From an uncultured Bacilli bacterium (GTDB lineage: Bacteria; Bacillota_I; Bacilli_A; RF39; UBA660): a stretch of 64,000 bases of DNA. The stretch is from contig CAXHRJ010000002.1 in the NCBI GenBank assembly GCA_964018915.1, positions 274,155-338,154 of the forward strand, in the 5' to 3' direction. Of the stretch, positions 9,642 through 19,488 are shown piece after piece (the first letter of the stretch is position 1; each line of letters begins with the position of its first letter). A model generated the notes under the pieces. That model was not told the origin of the DNA. It did no database searches and worked only from the letters and a program-made list of their open reading frames with translations. The position numbers were made by a program, and so were the translations under genes.

Positions 9642-10784
9642 ATGAGAAGTAAAAGAGTATTTGCAATTTTATTTATAATAATTTTAATTATATGCATTAT
9701 AATAGGATTCTGGTATTTTAAAAGTAATGAAAAACAAACTTTTTCAGCCTCTTTAAAATTTATGGAAAAGATTCCTTATGTAGAAAATATTGAAATCTCT
9801 TTGCGAGAGAATATACCAGAGTCTAAGGATTACAATAAAGATTTTAAAAACGATATTTTTTGGCTAGACCATAATGTACAAGATTTTACAAAAAAGATAG
9901 GGACTTATCATGGATTGATTATTTCGGGATATCAATTAAACTTTATTACATTGACAGTAGTGGATGAAAATCCTCCTATTATACAAGGCGTAAAAGATAT
10001 AACGATTACTGTGGGAGATAAAATAGACTTAGAAAAACAAGTAACTGTTATAGATGATTCTAATGAAGAAGTAAGTGTAATAGTAAAAGGGGAATATTCT
10101 TTAGAAAAAGAAGGCTCTTATCCTTTAACTTATGAGGCTAAAGATTCTTCTGGTAATGTATCAACTACTGATTTTAAGTTAATTGTTAAGAAGAAAGAAG
10201 TCCAAAATCCTAGTGGGGTACCAACTAGAACATCAAAAGGATACGATATTATACAAAAGAATGGAGCTTATTACATTAAAGGAATATTGATTGCTAATAA
10301 AACGTATGCACTTTCTAAAAGTTATGCACCTGGTAGTTTAACAAAAGAAACAAGCGATGCATTTGAAAGAATGAAAGCGGATGCTGCTAAAGAAGGAATT
10401 AGTTTAAAAATTATAAGTGGATATCGTTCGTATAGTCATCAAAATAATCTTTATAATAATTATGTAAAAAGAGATGGTAAAGTAGCTGCAGATAGATATT
10501 CTGCACGTCCAGGACATAGTGAACATCAAACTGGCTTAGCTTTTGATGTCAATAGCTTAGAACAATCATTTGGTAATACGAAGGTAGGAAAATGGTTAAG
10601 CGATAATTGTTATAAATATGGATTTATTTTAAGATATCCAAAAGGAAAAGAGTCTGTTACTGGGTATATGTATGAACCATGGCATTTTCGTTATATTGGT
10701 GAAGAAGCATCCAAACTATATAACAATGGTTCATGGATTACACTAGAGGAATATTTAGGAATAGATAGTAAATATTCTTCGTAG
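9642..10784 (+). CDS. Membrane-anchored D-Ala-D-Ala carboxypeptidase (VanY/M15B family) with a central Ig-like (DUF5011-type) domain
   Basis: N-terminal TM helix, an Ig-like segment (PPIIQGVKDITITVGDKIDL...SGNVSTTDFKLIV), and a C-terminal VanY motif region (SGYRSYSHQ..., GHSEHQTGLAFDV, EPWHFRY). Confidence 0.7.
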   Translation: MRSKRVFAILFIIILIICIIIGFWYFKSNEKQTFSASLKFMEKIPYVENIEISLRENIPESKDYNKDFKNDIFWLDHNVQDFTKKIGTYHGLIISGYQLNFITLTVVDENPPIIQGVKDITITVGDKIDLEKQVTVIDDSNEEVSVIVKGEYSLEKEGSYPLTYEAKDSSGNVSTTDFKLIVKKKEVQNPSGVPTRTSKGYDIIQKNGAYYIKGILIANKTYALSKSYAPGSLTKETSDAFERMKADAAKEGISLKIISGYRSYSHQNNLYNNYVKRDGKVAADRYSARPGHSEHQTGLAFDVNSLEQSFGNTKVGKWLSDNCYKYGFILRYPKGKESVTGYMYEPWHFRYIGEEASKLYNNGSWITLEEYLGIDSKYSS

Positions 10785-10821
10785 AAAAGAATTATAAATT
10801 TTGATTTGAAGGAGGAAATAT

Positions 10822-11091
10822 ATGTTTTTTCTAAAAGTGACAGTTTTTACTTGGTTGCTAATATGCATTTATTATAATAGAAAATTAGGTTTTCAAGGAA
10901 GAAAAAACAATCCTCTTATAGTAGGAACAATGCCTTATTTGTTTCTTGCAATTATGATTTATTCTGGAATTACTTTAAATGATTATAAAATGCTTAATGT
11001 AGCTATTTTAGGGGTGGAAGTGGTTATTATTTCAACTGTATACGCTATTTACAAAATAAAAAAGTTCTATTTTCCCGTTAATGGTTCATGA
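10822..11091 (+). CDS. Small hypothetical membrane protein
   Basis: Strong RBS GGAGGAAATAT; 89 aa with 3 predicted TM segments. Confidence 0.4.
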   Translation: MFFLKVTVFTWLLICIYYNRKLGFQGRKNNPLIVGTMPYLFLAIMIYSGITLNDYKMLNVAILGVEVVIISTVYAIYKIKKFYFPVNGS

Positions 11092-11173
11092 GATGCAGGA
11101 AAGTGGATAACTTTTCCAGGTCTTGTATTTTGTATTTATATGCTAGCATTTGCTTTTATGCTTGGTGTTTTTT

Positions 11174-11200
11174 AAAGTTCAATCTTTTTGAACTTTTTTG
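11174..11200 (+). terminator. Rho-independent terminator
   Basis: Perfect 9-bp stem AAAGTTCAA/TTGAACTTT with loop TCTTT, then TTTTG. Confidence 0.65.
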
Positions 11201-11229
11201 TTTACAAAACAACTTTTCTTTGATATAAT
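11201..11229 (+). promoter_or_regulatory. Sigma-A promoter of the rpsF-ssb-rpsR operon: TTTACA, 17 nt spacer, TATAAT
   Basis: Near-consensus hexamers at canonical spacing, about 65 nt upstream of rpsF. Confidence 0.55.
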
Positions 11230-11293
11230 TAACTGCGAGTATGAATTTACTCCTTGCCTGAAGAAGGCTATGAACCATAAGGAGGTGTAGAAA

Positions 11294-11596
11294 ATGAGAA
11301 ATTATGAAATTATGTTTATCGTTAAACCAACATTAGCAGAAGCTGAAATTACAAAAGTTTCAGATAATTTCAAAGCTACTTTAGAATCAAGAGGTAGTAA
11401 AGTAACTGGTGTTGATGCATGGGGACAAAGAGCTTTAGCATACGATATTAAAAAAGGATCAGAAGTATTCAAAAGCGGATATTATTTCGTATTCCAAGTA
11501 GAAGCTAATGATGATACTGGAATTAAAGAATTTGATCGTTTAGCAGGTATTAGTTCTGATATCGTTAGACACTTAATTATTAGAAAAGAAGATTAA
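11294..11596 (+). CDS. rpsF: 30S ribosomal protein S6
   Basis: MRNYEIMFIVKP..., typical of S6; rpsF-ssb-rpsR synteny. Confidence 0.9.
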   Translation: MRNYEIMFIVKPTLAEAEITKVSDNFKATLESRGSKVTGVDAWGQRALAYDIKKGSEVFKSGYYFVFQVEANDDTGIKEFDRLAGISSDIVRHLIIRKED

Positions 11597-11610
11597 GAAA
11601 GAAGGTTCCT

Positions 11611-12066
11611 ATGAATAAAGTATTATTAGTAGGTAGAATAACCGCTAAACCAGAACTAAGATATACCAATGCAAATACAGCATTCTTACGTTTTACAGTA
11701 GCAGTAAATAGAACATTTACAAATGCTGATGGTAAAAGAGAAGCTGACTTTATCAATGTAGTTGCTTGGAGAAAACAAGCAGAAACAATTTCTAGATTTT
11801 TTGATAAAGGAAATTTAATTGGTATTGAAGGTAGATTACAAACTGGAAGTTATGATGATAAAGATGGTAATAAGAGATATACGATGGATGTTGCTTTGGA
11901 TAATTTTGAATTCGTAGAAGGAAAAAATAAATCGCAAGGTGATTCTTCAATGGGATTCTCTGAACCAAGTCCATATGATTATCAAGATAATAGTGTTAGT
12001 GTTGAAAATGATCCTTTTGCAGAATATGGGGATTCTGTTTCAATAGACGATAACTTCCTAGACTAA
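11611..12066 (+). CDS. ssb: Single-stranded DNA-binding protein
   Basis: MNKVLLVGRIT..PELRYT, an OB fold, and a Gly/acidic C-terminal tail ending DDNFLD. Confidence 0.9.
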   Translation: MNKVLLVGRITAKPELRYTNANTAFLRFTVAVNRTFTNADGKREADFINVVAWRKQAETISRFFDKGNLIGIEGRLQTGSYDDKDGNKRYTMDVALDNFEFVEGKNKSQGDSSMGFSEPSPYDYQDNSVSVENDPFAEYGDSVSIDDNFLD

Positions 12067-12078
12067 GGAGGAAATGAA

Positions 12079-12297
12079 ATGGCAGAGTTTTATAGAAAAA
12101 AGAAAAAAGTTTGTCAAATGTGTACAGGAAAAGATGTAGACTATAAAAACGTAGAAGTTATTAAAAAGTATATCAGTGCAGATAAAGGTAAAATTTTACC
12201 AAGAAGAATTACTGGTAACTGTGCTAAACACCAAAGATATATTGCAACTCAAGTTAAATATGCTCGTTTTATGGCACTTATTCCATTTACAAAATAA
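12079..12297 (+). CDS. rpsR: 30S ribosomal protein S18
   Basis: Conserved S18 sequence ([33 protein letters not shown]). Confidence 0.9.
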   Translation: MAEFYRKKKKVCQMCTGKDVDYKNVEVIKKYISADKGKILPRRITGNCAKHQRYIATQVKYARFMALIPFTK

Positions 12298-12322
12298 AGA
12301 AGCAAAATTGCTTCTTTTTTTA
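12297..12322 (+). terminator. Rho-independent terminator
   Basis: AAGAAGCAA-aat-TTGCTTCTT followed by TTTTTTT. Confidence 0.6.
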
Positions 12323-12359
12323 CTTCTTCCTATGCTATAATGAAATAGGAGGTATTGGT

Positions 12360-12584
12360 ATGAAAGAATTAGATAGAAAGATAGATGATTCTCTACTACA
12401 AGTAGTGAAATATCTATTTTTAGATATTATATTTTCTATTTGCTTATTAAAAATACATAGAATAGAAGGAGTTGTTATATTTTTCCCTATATTGTTATGT
12501 ACAGTATTAGCAACTTATAGTTGGATGGATAAAGTTAGTTTTATGAAACAACAAAAAAAAGAATTACAAGAAGGAGAAGAGTAA
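12360..12584 (+). CDS. Small hypothetical membrane protein
   Basis: RBS GGAGGT; 74 aa with two hydrophobic helices. Confidence 0.35.
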   Translation: MKELDRKIDDSLLQVVKYLFLDIIFSICLLKIHRIEGVVIFFPILLCTVLATYSWMDKVSFMKQQKKELQEGEE

Positions 12585-12602
12585 AACTTAAGGGGTGGAA
12601 TT

Positions 12603-13226
12603 TTGAGATATTTAGAAAGATGCGAATTATGTCATGCAAATGATAAGTCTGATACTGTTTCTATTGGTAAACGAGTATTATATAGAGGAAAATATATTTA
12701 TGTTGCAGTTGATATAGCACCTTTATGTATTGGACATTTATTAATTATTACAAAGGAACATTACTTTAATTTTTATGAAACAGGAGAAGTAATAAAGGAA
12801 GAAACAGAGAAGATAAAAGGAATAATTAAGAATATCTTTCAAAAGATTTATCATAGTGAAACGCTTTTTTTTGAACATGGTTCTGCTATTCCAGGTGAAG
12901 CTGGCTCTAGTGTGGATCATGCTCATTTGCATGCTATTCCTTGTAAAATCGATTTAAAAAACATATTAGATAATTTATTAGGAAATTCTATAGAATGTGA
13001 TATTTTTTCTAAGAACTATCATAATGAGTTCTCTTATATTTATTTAGAGGATATTAACAAGAAAGTAATTTATAAAGTTGATAAATTGCCTAGTCAATAT
13101 TTAAGAAAAACAGTTGGTGAAAAGTTAAACAATAATAACTATGACTGGCGCATGTATTGTAAAAGCTTGGCTAGCTTACAAATGTTAGAACAGACTTATA
13201 TAGATTTAAAGGGAAAAATAAAATGA
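12603..13226 (+). CDS. HIT (histidine triad) family protein
   Basis: HIT motif DHAHLHAIP; TTG start at 12603 preceded by AGGGGTGG. Confidence 0.55.
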   Translation: MRYLERCELCHANDKSDTVSIGKRVLYRGKYIYVAVDIAPLCIGHLLIITKEHYFNFYETGEVIKEETEKIKGIIKNIFQKIYHSETLFFEHGSAIPGEAGSSVDHAHLHAIPCKIDLKNILDNLLGNSIECDIFSKNYHNEFSYIYLEDINKKVIYKVDKLPSQYLRKTVGEKLNNNNYDWRMYCKSLASLQMLEQTYIDLKGKIK

Positions 13227-13250
13227 GCAATTATTCGCTCATTTTTTTAT
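13221..13250. terminator. Bidirectional terminator between convergent genes
   Basis: AATGAGC-(aattattc)-GCTCATT hairpin flanked by an A-run and a T-run. Confidence 0.5.
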
Positions 13251-13847
13251 AACACAAAATTCCCATAATACTTTAGGTACATCATATTTTCCAACGTTTT
13301 TTTCTTCCATATGATAAAACTCAAATTTATGAAAGAATGATTTTATAGATTCTTCATTGAAGAATCTTTTATAAACGTTACCATTATAAAAGAAATTCTC
13401 TTCTATTTCTTCTGTGTTTGGTAAATAAAAGGTATCGTTAGTAGAATTCACTCTAGCAAGAAATATACCATTTCTTTTTAATACTCTATATATTTCATCA
13501 GTAAGAAATTTTGTAGTAGAAGAATCAAAATAATGGATACTTAAATCTGCTATTAAAATATTGATAGAATTATCTTTAAATGGCAGACCATCTTTCATAT
13601 CAAATTGTAGAGTTTTTAAATTGGGAACTTCTTTGTGGATAATACTTAGAACTTCTTTAGAAAAGTCACAAACGGTAATGTTTTTAAATCCTAATTCTAA
13701 TAAATATCTACTATCATAGGCTCTGCCACAACCTAGCTCTACAATGACGTCTTTTTTATGAAATAAATTTAGATAATCATTTAACCAACCATCATAAGAG
13801 GAGTTATATTTTAAATGGACTTCATCCCAATATTTATCTAAATTCAT
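13239..13847 (-). CDS. Class I SAM-dependent methyltransferase
   Basis: Motif I VELGCGRAYDS. Start MNLDKYW at 13847 has an AGGTGA RBS; the ORF extends to 13880 if an upstream ATG is used. Confidence 0.6.
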   Translation of the reverse strand: MNLDKYWDEVHLKYNSSYDGWLNDYLNLFHKKDVIVELGCGRAYDSRYLLELGFKNITVCDFSKEVLSIIHKEVPNLKTLQFDMKDGLPFKDNSINILIADLSIHYFDSSTTKFLTDEIYRVLKRNGIFLARVNSTNDTFYLPNTEEIEENFFYNGNVYKRFFNEESIKSFFHKFEFYHMEEKNVGKYDVPKVLWEFCVIKK

Positions 13848-13897
13848 AGTATCACCTATTTCAATCATATCATAAACCATATAAAAAGACTAGTTAT

Positions 13898-14872
13898 CTA
13901 GCCTTTTTCAATTAGGAAAGTAAGTAAATCCGATGGTTTTTTATCATGATAAATAATATCATAAATAAGATTTATAATTGGCATGTTTACCTTTTTATTT
14001 TCTAATAATTGATAAATGGATTTTAAAGTATATAATCCTTCAATAGTAGTAGTTTCTATATATCTATCAACTTCTTCTTTAGAAGCCCCTTTTCCAAGCA
14101 ACCTCCCAAAAGAGAAGTTTCTACTTTTGGTACTTGTGCAGGTTAGGAGTAAATCTCCAAATCCAGCAAAAGATAAAATAGTATTTTTATCTCCACCTAA
14201 AGCATCTATTAATTCTTTGATATCATTTAAAGATTCAGTAATCATCATAGCCTGCGTAGAAATCGGTAAATCCATGCCATCTAACATTCCGTTTGCAATA
14301 GCTATTACATTTTTGATAGAACCACAGATCTCAATGCCTAAAATATCACTTGTTTCTCTTAATTTAACATGACTATTTTGCAATGCTTTTTTTATAATAG
14401 AGATTGTTTCTTGGTTAGTGCTTGCAAGAGATAATCCTACTGGAACTTTATTAGCGACATCAATGGCAAATGTTGGACCAGAAATAACTCCTACTTTATC
14501 AGTATCAATATATTTTTTAAATACATCATAAACGAATAGGCAAGAATCGTTTTCAATTCCTTTAGAAGCAATACATACATGTTGATCTTTCTTTATGTAT
14601 TTATTTAATTCTTGTGATACATCATCTACAAATGCAGCAGGAATAGCTATTAATATTAAGTCAGCCTCTACTACTGTTTTTTCGAAATCTGTAGATATTT
14701 TAATATTTTCATCAATGATAATATTTTTTAGATTAGGACTTCGTCTTTGCTGATCTAGAAAATTTGCTTCTTCTTCAAACTTTGTCCACATAGAAACATC
14801 GTTTCCATTTTCATTTAGAATAAGAGCTAGGGAAACTCCGAATGCTCCTGTACCTAATACACCTATTTTCAT
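13898..14872 (-). CDS. gpsA: NAD(P)H-dependent glycerol-3-phosphate dehydrogenase
   Basis: MKIGVLGTGAFG Rossmann N-terminus with GpsA-like length and motifs. AGGTGA RBS before ATG at 14872. Confidence 0.85.
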   Translation of the reverse strand: MKIGVLGTGAFGVSLALILNENGNDVSMWTKFEEEANFLDQQRRSPNLKNIIIDENIKISTDFEKTVVEADLILIAIPAAFVDDVSQELNKYIKKDQHVCIASKGIENDSCLFVYDVFKKYIDTDKVGVISGPTFAIDVANKVPVGLSLASTNQETISIIKKALQNSHVKLRETSDILGIEICGSIKNVIAIANGMLDGMDLPISTQAMMITESLNDIKELIDALGGDKNTILSFAGFGDLLLTCTSTKSRNFSFGRLLGKGASKEEVDRYIETTTIEGLYTLKSIYQLLENKKVNMPIINLIYDIIYHDKKPSDLLTFLIEKG

Positions 14873-15014
14873 TTTATCACCTACTTTATTATAGCACATT
14901 TTATGAATTAAAATTATTAAGAATGATTAAATTCTTGATTTCTAAAATGGGATGTACTATAATGATTTTAGGAATAGAATAAGTAATATGAATGCTATAG
15001 AAAGGAAGCAAATT

Positions 15015-15818
15015 ATGGTAGGACATTATCGATTAAAAGAAGAAAGTATGGAAAAAATTGGCGTTCCGGTTAAAAATATAGAGGAAAATATTTATGATTT
15101 ATGTTGCCCTTTACTTGTAAATAATAAAGGAGAACTTCCAAAAGAATTGTTATATTTATATGAGACACTAGAGATACCTATTTTAACGGTAAATGAATTT
15201 CAATCTTTTGAGGAAGAAAAGTATAGCGATTTAGAAAGTTATTTACGAAAGTTTTCTTATTATCTTCAACTTAATATTGTGGTTGAATTAAGCGAAGAAG
15301 AAAAATTAGGACATTTGCTTCGTGTTGGAAAATATGCGAAAGAATTAGCAACAAGTGCACAATTATCAAAAAAAGAAATAGATAATATTTATATAGCTGC
15401 TTTATTTCATGATGTAGGGAAGTCTAAGATTCCTGTAGAAATTATTGGTAAGAAAAATAGATTATCAGATCAAGAATTTTCCATTATTAAAACACATAGT
15501 GACTTGGCACGTTCCGTTTTAAATAATTTCTTAGATGATTCTGTCTTAGAGATGATAGAGGGCCATCATGAGAGAATGGATGGAAGCGGATATGCGAAAG
15601 GGATTGTCCCAAACTTGGGAATTCAAGTAATTGGTATAGCAGATAGTTATGATGCTATGGTGTCTTCTCGTGTATATCATCAGGGGGAAAGTAAGGAAAA
15701 TGCTTTTGAAGAACTTCTGCGTTGTACAAAAGCAAAAGAAGATGGTGGAAAAGGGATTCTCTATAATCTTGATTTAGTAAATAGGTTTATTGCTATTCAA
15801 AAAGGGGAATTAGCGTAA
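15015..15818 (+). CDS. HD-GYP domain protein (variant HHERMDGSGYA)
   Basis: HD motif (AALFHDVGK) and HHE..DGSGY(A) signature. Start uncertain between 14952 and 15015. Confidence 0.6.
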   Translation: MVGHYRLKEESMEKIGVPVKNIEENIYDLCCPLLVNNKGELPKELLYLYETLEIPILTVNEFQSFEEEKYSDLESYLRKFSYYLQLNIVVELSEEEKLGHLLRVGKYAKELATSAQLSKKEIDNIYIAALFHDVGKSKIPVEIIGKKNRLSDQEFSIIKTHSDLARSVLNNFLDDSVLEMIEGHHERMDGSGYAKGIVPNLGIQVIGIADSYDAMVSSRVYHQGESKENAFEELLRCTKAKEDGGKGILYNLDLVNRFIAIQKGELA

Positions 15819-15850
15819 AAAGATCTATGATTATTCATAGATTTTTTTAT
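15819..15850. terminator. Bidirectional terminator
   Basis: ATCTATGA-ttat-TCATAGAT followed by TTTTTTT. Confidence 0.55.
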
Positions 15851-16140
15851 GGGTATTTATTTAGTTCTTCATTAATGGTATTCATGCTTCTTCTTAGTGG
15901 ATTGAATGGATTATCACTGCTATTAATGACATGATTTCCGTCATTATTGTCATTATTATTTCTGTTATTGATAACTTGTTGCTGAGCGGAGTTTGTACAT
16001 AAAACTTGCCCAACCATCATAAACCAGTTGCCAATTGAGTTTTGTTCAGCTGGGTCTAAATCATCAATTAATAAATATCCAATCAAGAAAGCACTGATAG
16101 TAAATGTTCCTGCATCTATATTTGGGGGTAAGCTTGCCAC
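15847..16140 (-). CDS. Hypothetical small protein with N/Q-rich C-terminal half
   Basis: ORF with a GTG start and a weak RBS. No family recognised. Could be non-coding. Confidence 0.3.
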   Translation of the reverse strand: MASLPPNIDAGTFTISAFLIGYLLIDDLDPAEQNSIGNWFMMVGQVLCTNSAQQQVINNRNNNDNNDGNHVINSSDNPFNPLRRSMNTINEELNKYP

Positions 16141-16212
16141 TATATCACCTTATTATAAAAATATGTTGCAATTTTTAAAATATCTGTTAAAATATAGACC
16201 CAGGTGGTTTTT

Positions 16213-16674
16213 GTGAGTAAAACTCTAAAATTATTAATTCGTAAATATGCAATAACAGAATTTGATTGGATGAATTTTAGAATCACAAAAGAGAACCCAC
16301 TTACATTTCATCATATTAAGAAAAAATCTGATGGTGGCACAGAGACATTGGATAATGGAGCACCTCTTACAAGGCGTGCACAGGAATATCTTCATTTAAT
16401 AGAGAACTATAATTTTAAAATGTATAGAAGATTAAATCGTATTTTAAATGAGATTAATGAACAGGGCTTTGCTCCAACTTTAAATCAGCAAAAGAAAATC
16501 GATCTTATCATGATGGATTTTGAATTGAGATATTATGATGCTTTAAAAGCGCGAAGAGGAAAAGGGAAATATGATAAATTTAATGCAACTTTGGAAAGAA
16601 AAAAGTGCCAAGAAGGGACTGTGCCAGTACAAAAAAAGAAACAAATGAAGAGAAAAAGTAAAAAGGGGAATTGA
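16213..16674 (+). CDS. HNH endonuclease-like small protein
   Basis: HNH-type motif TFHHIKKKSDGGTETLDNGAPL..H. GTG start at 16213 with an AGGTGG RBS. A TTGCAA(16)TAAAAT promoter-like sequence lies upstream. Confidence 0.45.
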   Translation: MSKTLKLLIRKYAITEFDWMNFRITKENPLTFHHIKKKSDGGTETLDNGAPLTRRAQEYLHLIENYNFKMYRRLNRILNEINEQGFAPTLNQQKKIDLIMMDFELRYYDALKARRGKGKYDKFNATLERKKCQEGTVPVQKKKQMKRKSKKGN

Positions 16675-16725
16675 AAAAAAGTAACTTTTGTAGTATGATA
16701 GTAGAAAGAAAAAGGTGGTTGTGAT

Positions 16726-17259
16726 ATGCAAATGGAAGATACTAATAATGCTTTTGACGTTGTAGAAGATAATAGCAGTGCAATTCCAACTCTTGGAAAT
16801 GGTATTGAAACTTCATTACAATTTTCAGAAGTGCAAGAGCCAGAACCTAAAGATGTTAATCAATATTTACAATATATGAGACAGAAAAGGGAAGCTCTTG
16901 AAAGAGCTGCTACATTTGAGACGACTCCAACAGAAGCAGAAGAAGTAACTGCATCAGTTGTAGCTGAACCAACTTCAGAGACTGTAGCAGAAGAGGCAAA
17001 AGAGCCTGTGAATGAAGAGGGAGAAGAAATGAAAAAGAAAGATGAAATGGAATCAGTTGATATTAAAGTAGAATCTGCTAGTGGTGAAGCATCTATTGAA
17101 GATATGGTTGCTCAAGCAATGCAAAAAGATGAAATTTTACTTTATCAACAAAAATACCTTGAAAGTTTAGAGGCAAGAAAAAATAAAGTAGATACTATTA
17201 TTTCTATGCTTCAAAAAGAAAAAGAGACAATTGATAGTCAAATTCAGGCAGTAAAGTAA
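16726..17259 (+). CDS. Hypothetical acidic protein (Glu-rich, predicted coiled-coil C-terminus)
   Basis: RBS AAAGGTGG; no recognised motif. Confidence 0.5.
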   Translation: MQMEDTNNAFDVVEDNSSAIPTLGNGIETSLQFSEVQEPEPKDVNQYLQYMRQKREALERAATFETTPTEAEEVTASVVAEPTSETVAEEAKEPVNEEGEEMKKKDEMESVDIKVESASGEASIEDMVAQAMQKDEILLYQQKYLESLEARKNKVDTIISMLQKEKETIDSQIQAVK

Positions 17260-17280
17260 AATAAAATGAAAAAAAGTAAA

Positions 17281-17310
17281 AAAAGTGTTGATTTTTCAAC
17301 ACTTTTTTAG
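17281..17310 (+). terminator. Rho-independent terminator
   Basis: AAGTGTTGA-tttt-TCAACACTT followed by TTTTTT. Confidence 0.6.
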
Positions 17311-17316
17311 TATACT
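17288..17316 (+). promoter_or_regulatory. Putative promoter of the S10 operon (TTGATT, 17 nt spacer, TATACT), its -35 embedded in the upstream terminator loop, followed by a leader of about 130 nt
   Basis: Hexamers at canonical spacing. The leader 17317..17449 precedes rpsJ. Confidence 0.35.
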
Positions 17317-17449
17317 TTTGTATGTGTGGCATGCAGAGATATGTAAGGTTGCTGATACGCCAGGTTAAGTTGTAAGAAAAATAAACTGGAAAATCAGGTT
17401 TTTACATGGAGCAAGTCTATACAAGATATAGGCGAAGGGAGGACACAAA

Positions 17450-17758
17450 ATGTCAAAAGTAAAGGTTCGTATCAAATTAAAAGCGTTTGAACATAAAAGT
17501 TTAGACCAAGCTTGTGCGAAAATCGTTGAAACTGTAAAAAGAAATGGTGGCGAAGTAAGTGGACCAATTCCACTACCAACAGAAGTTGAAAAAATCACTA
17601 TCTTAAGAGCAGTTCACAAATATAAAGATTCTCGTGAACAATTTGAAAAAAGAACACACAAAAGACTTATTGATATTATTAATCCATCAAAGGAAACTAT
17701 TGAGTCATTAGCTCATTTAGAAGTACCAAGTGGTGTAGATATCAAAATTATTAAATAG
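17450..17758 (+). CDS. rpsJ: 30S ribosomal protein S10
   Basis: Conserved S10 sequence; first gene of the S10 operon. Confidence 0.95.
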   Translation: MSKVKVRIKLKAFEHKSLDQACAKIVETVKRNGGEVSGPIPLPTEVEKITILRAVHKYKDSREQFEKRTHKRLIDIINPSKETIESLAHLEVPSGVDIKIIK

Positions 17759-17771
17759 GAGGAAATAGTAT

Positions 17772-18545
17772 ATGAAAGGAATCTTAGGTCGTAAAATTGG
17801 AATGACTCAAGTATTTACAGAATCTGGTAAATTAATTCCTGTAACTGTTGTTGAAGTTGAGCCAAACATTGTAACTCAAATTAAAACAAAAGAAAATGAC
17901 GGTTATGAAGCAATTCAATTAGGATTCGATACAAAGAGAGAAAAGTTAGCGACAAAAGCTTCTGCTGGACATACAGCAAAAGCAAATACTACACCTAAGC
18001 GCTTCTTTAGAGAAATAAAAGGTGTAGATATCAATGAATATACTGTTGGACAAGAAGTCAAAGCTGACATCTTTACAGCAGGAGAAGTAGTTGATGTAAT
18101 AGGAACATCTAAAGGAAAAGGTTTCCAAGGTGTTATTAAAAGACATGGACAAAGTAGAGGTCCTATGGGACATGGTTCTCATTATCATAGAAGACCAGGT
18201 TCAATGGGAACAATGAGACCAATGCGTGTTTTCAAGGGTAAGAAATTACCAGGACATATGGGTAGCCTTACAGTAACTATTCAAAATCTTGAAGTAGTAG
18301 CTGTAGACTTAGCTAATAATGTAATATTAATTAAGGGAAATATTCCTGGACCTAAAAAAGGTTTAGTAGTAATTAAGACATCTGTTAAAACTCCTGGAAA
18401 GGTAAATGAAACAGAGAACTTAATCAGCTATTCAGAAGTTACAGAAACACCAGAGGTTGTAGAAACTGAAGTTACTGAAGAAGTAGTAGAAGAAACTGCT
18501 CAAGAAGAAGTTGCTTCAGAGGAAACTTCTACGGAAGAAAACTAG
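17772..18545 (+). CDS. rplC: 50S ribosomal protein L3 with a C-terminal acidic extension of about 45 aa
   Basis: L3 core ([11 protein letters not shown]...) plus the tail [36 protein letters not shown]. Confidence 0.95.
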   Translation: MKGILGRKIGMTQVFTESGKLIPVTVVEVEPNIVTQIKTKENDGYEAIQLGFDTKREKLATKASAGHTAKANTTPKRFFREIKGVDINEYTVGQEVKADIFTAGEVVDVIGTSKGKGFQGVIKRHGQSRGPMGHGSHYHRRPGSMGTMRPMRVFKGKKLPGHMGSLTVTIQNLEVVAVDLANNVILIKGNIPGPKKGLVVIKTSVKTPGKVNETENLISYSEVTETPEVVETEVTEEVVEETAQEEVASEETSTEEN

Positions 18546-18560
18546 TAGGAGGGAATACAT

Positions 18561-19187
18561 ATGGAAAAAATAGATGTATTAAACATTAAAGGTGAAAAAG
18601 TAAAAGATATTACATTAGCTAAAGAAGTTTTTGGAATTGAACCAAATGATGTTGTTATCTATGATGCTATTCGTTTAGCAAATAGTAATGCAAGACAAGG
18701 TACACACAGTGTTAAGTCACGTGCTGAAGTATCTGGTGGTGGAAGAAAACCATGGAGACAAAAAGGAACAGGACGTGCTCGTCAAGGTTCTACACGTGCA
18801 CCACATTGGTATCATGGTGGAGTAGCATTTGGTCCACAAACTGAAAGAAATTATACGTTAAAGATGAATCGTAAAGAAAGAAAGTTAGCTTTAAAATCAG
18901 CTTTAACTTATAAAGTGTTAGATAAAGAATTAATCGTTTTAGAGGAATTAAAATTAGCTTCTAACAAAACAAAAGATATGAAAGAGATTTTATCTAATTT
19001 AAAAGTTGACAGAAACATCTTAGTTGTTGTTAACGAATTAGATGATAATTTAGTTTTAGCTACTCGTAACTTAGATAATGTTTTATTACTAAGTGCAGAT
19101 GAAATTAATACTTTAGATGTTATTTCAGCTAACGTATTAATAGTAACAGAGGAAGCTATTAAATCAGTAGAGGAGGCGCTAGCATAA
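18561..19187 (+). CDS. rplD: 50S ribosomal protein L4
   Basis: Conserved L4; operon order. Confidence 0.95.
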   Translation: MEKIDVLNIKGEKVKDITLAKEVFGIEPNDVVIYDAIRLANSNARQGTHSVKSRAEVSGGGRKPWRQKGTGRARQGSTRAPHWYHGGVAFGPQTERNYTLKMNRKERKLALKSALTYKVLDKELIVLEELKLASNKTKDMKEILSNLKVDRNILVVVNELDDNLVLATRNLDNVLLLSADEINTLDVISANVLIVTEEAIKSVEEALA

Positions 19188-19468
19188 TGAATAACTATAG
19201 AGATATTATTAAAGAGCCAATCGTTACTGAAAAAACTGCTGATTTAGCACAAAATCATAACACTATTGTATTTAGTGTTGATCCTAAAGCTAACAAAACT
19301 CAAATTAAACAAGCAGTTGAAAAGGTATTTGATGTAAAAGTTGAAAGTGTTAATACTGTAAATGCTACAACTAAGAAAAAAAGAGTAGGTCGTTACGCAG
19401 GAAGAACGAATAAAAGAAAAAAAGCTATTGTTAAATTAGCTGAAGGTAGTTCAATTGAACTAAACTAA
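19187..19468 (+). CDS. rplW: 50S ribosomal protein L23
   Basis: Conserved L23; its ATG overlaps the rplD stop. Confidence 0.95.
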   Translation: MNNYRDIIKEPIVTEKTADLAQNHNTIVFSVDPKANKTQIKQAVEKVFDVKVESVNTVNATTKKKRVGRYAGRTNKRKKAIVKLAEGSSIELN

Positions 19469-19488
19469 TCTAAAGGAGGATTATACAT

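Noticed and set aside
16028-16216. 62-aa plus-strand ORF overlapping the start of the 15847..16140 gene and the HNH gene's promoter
   Set aside because: It overlaps better-supported features on both sides and has no RBS.
17260-17310. Tiny ORF MKKSKKSVDFSTLF inside the terminator upstream of the S10 operon
   Set aside because: It is 14 codons of translated hairpin sequence with no RBS.
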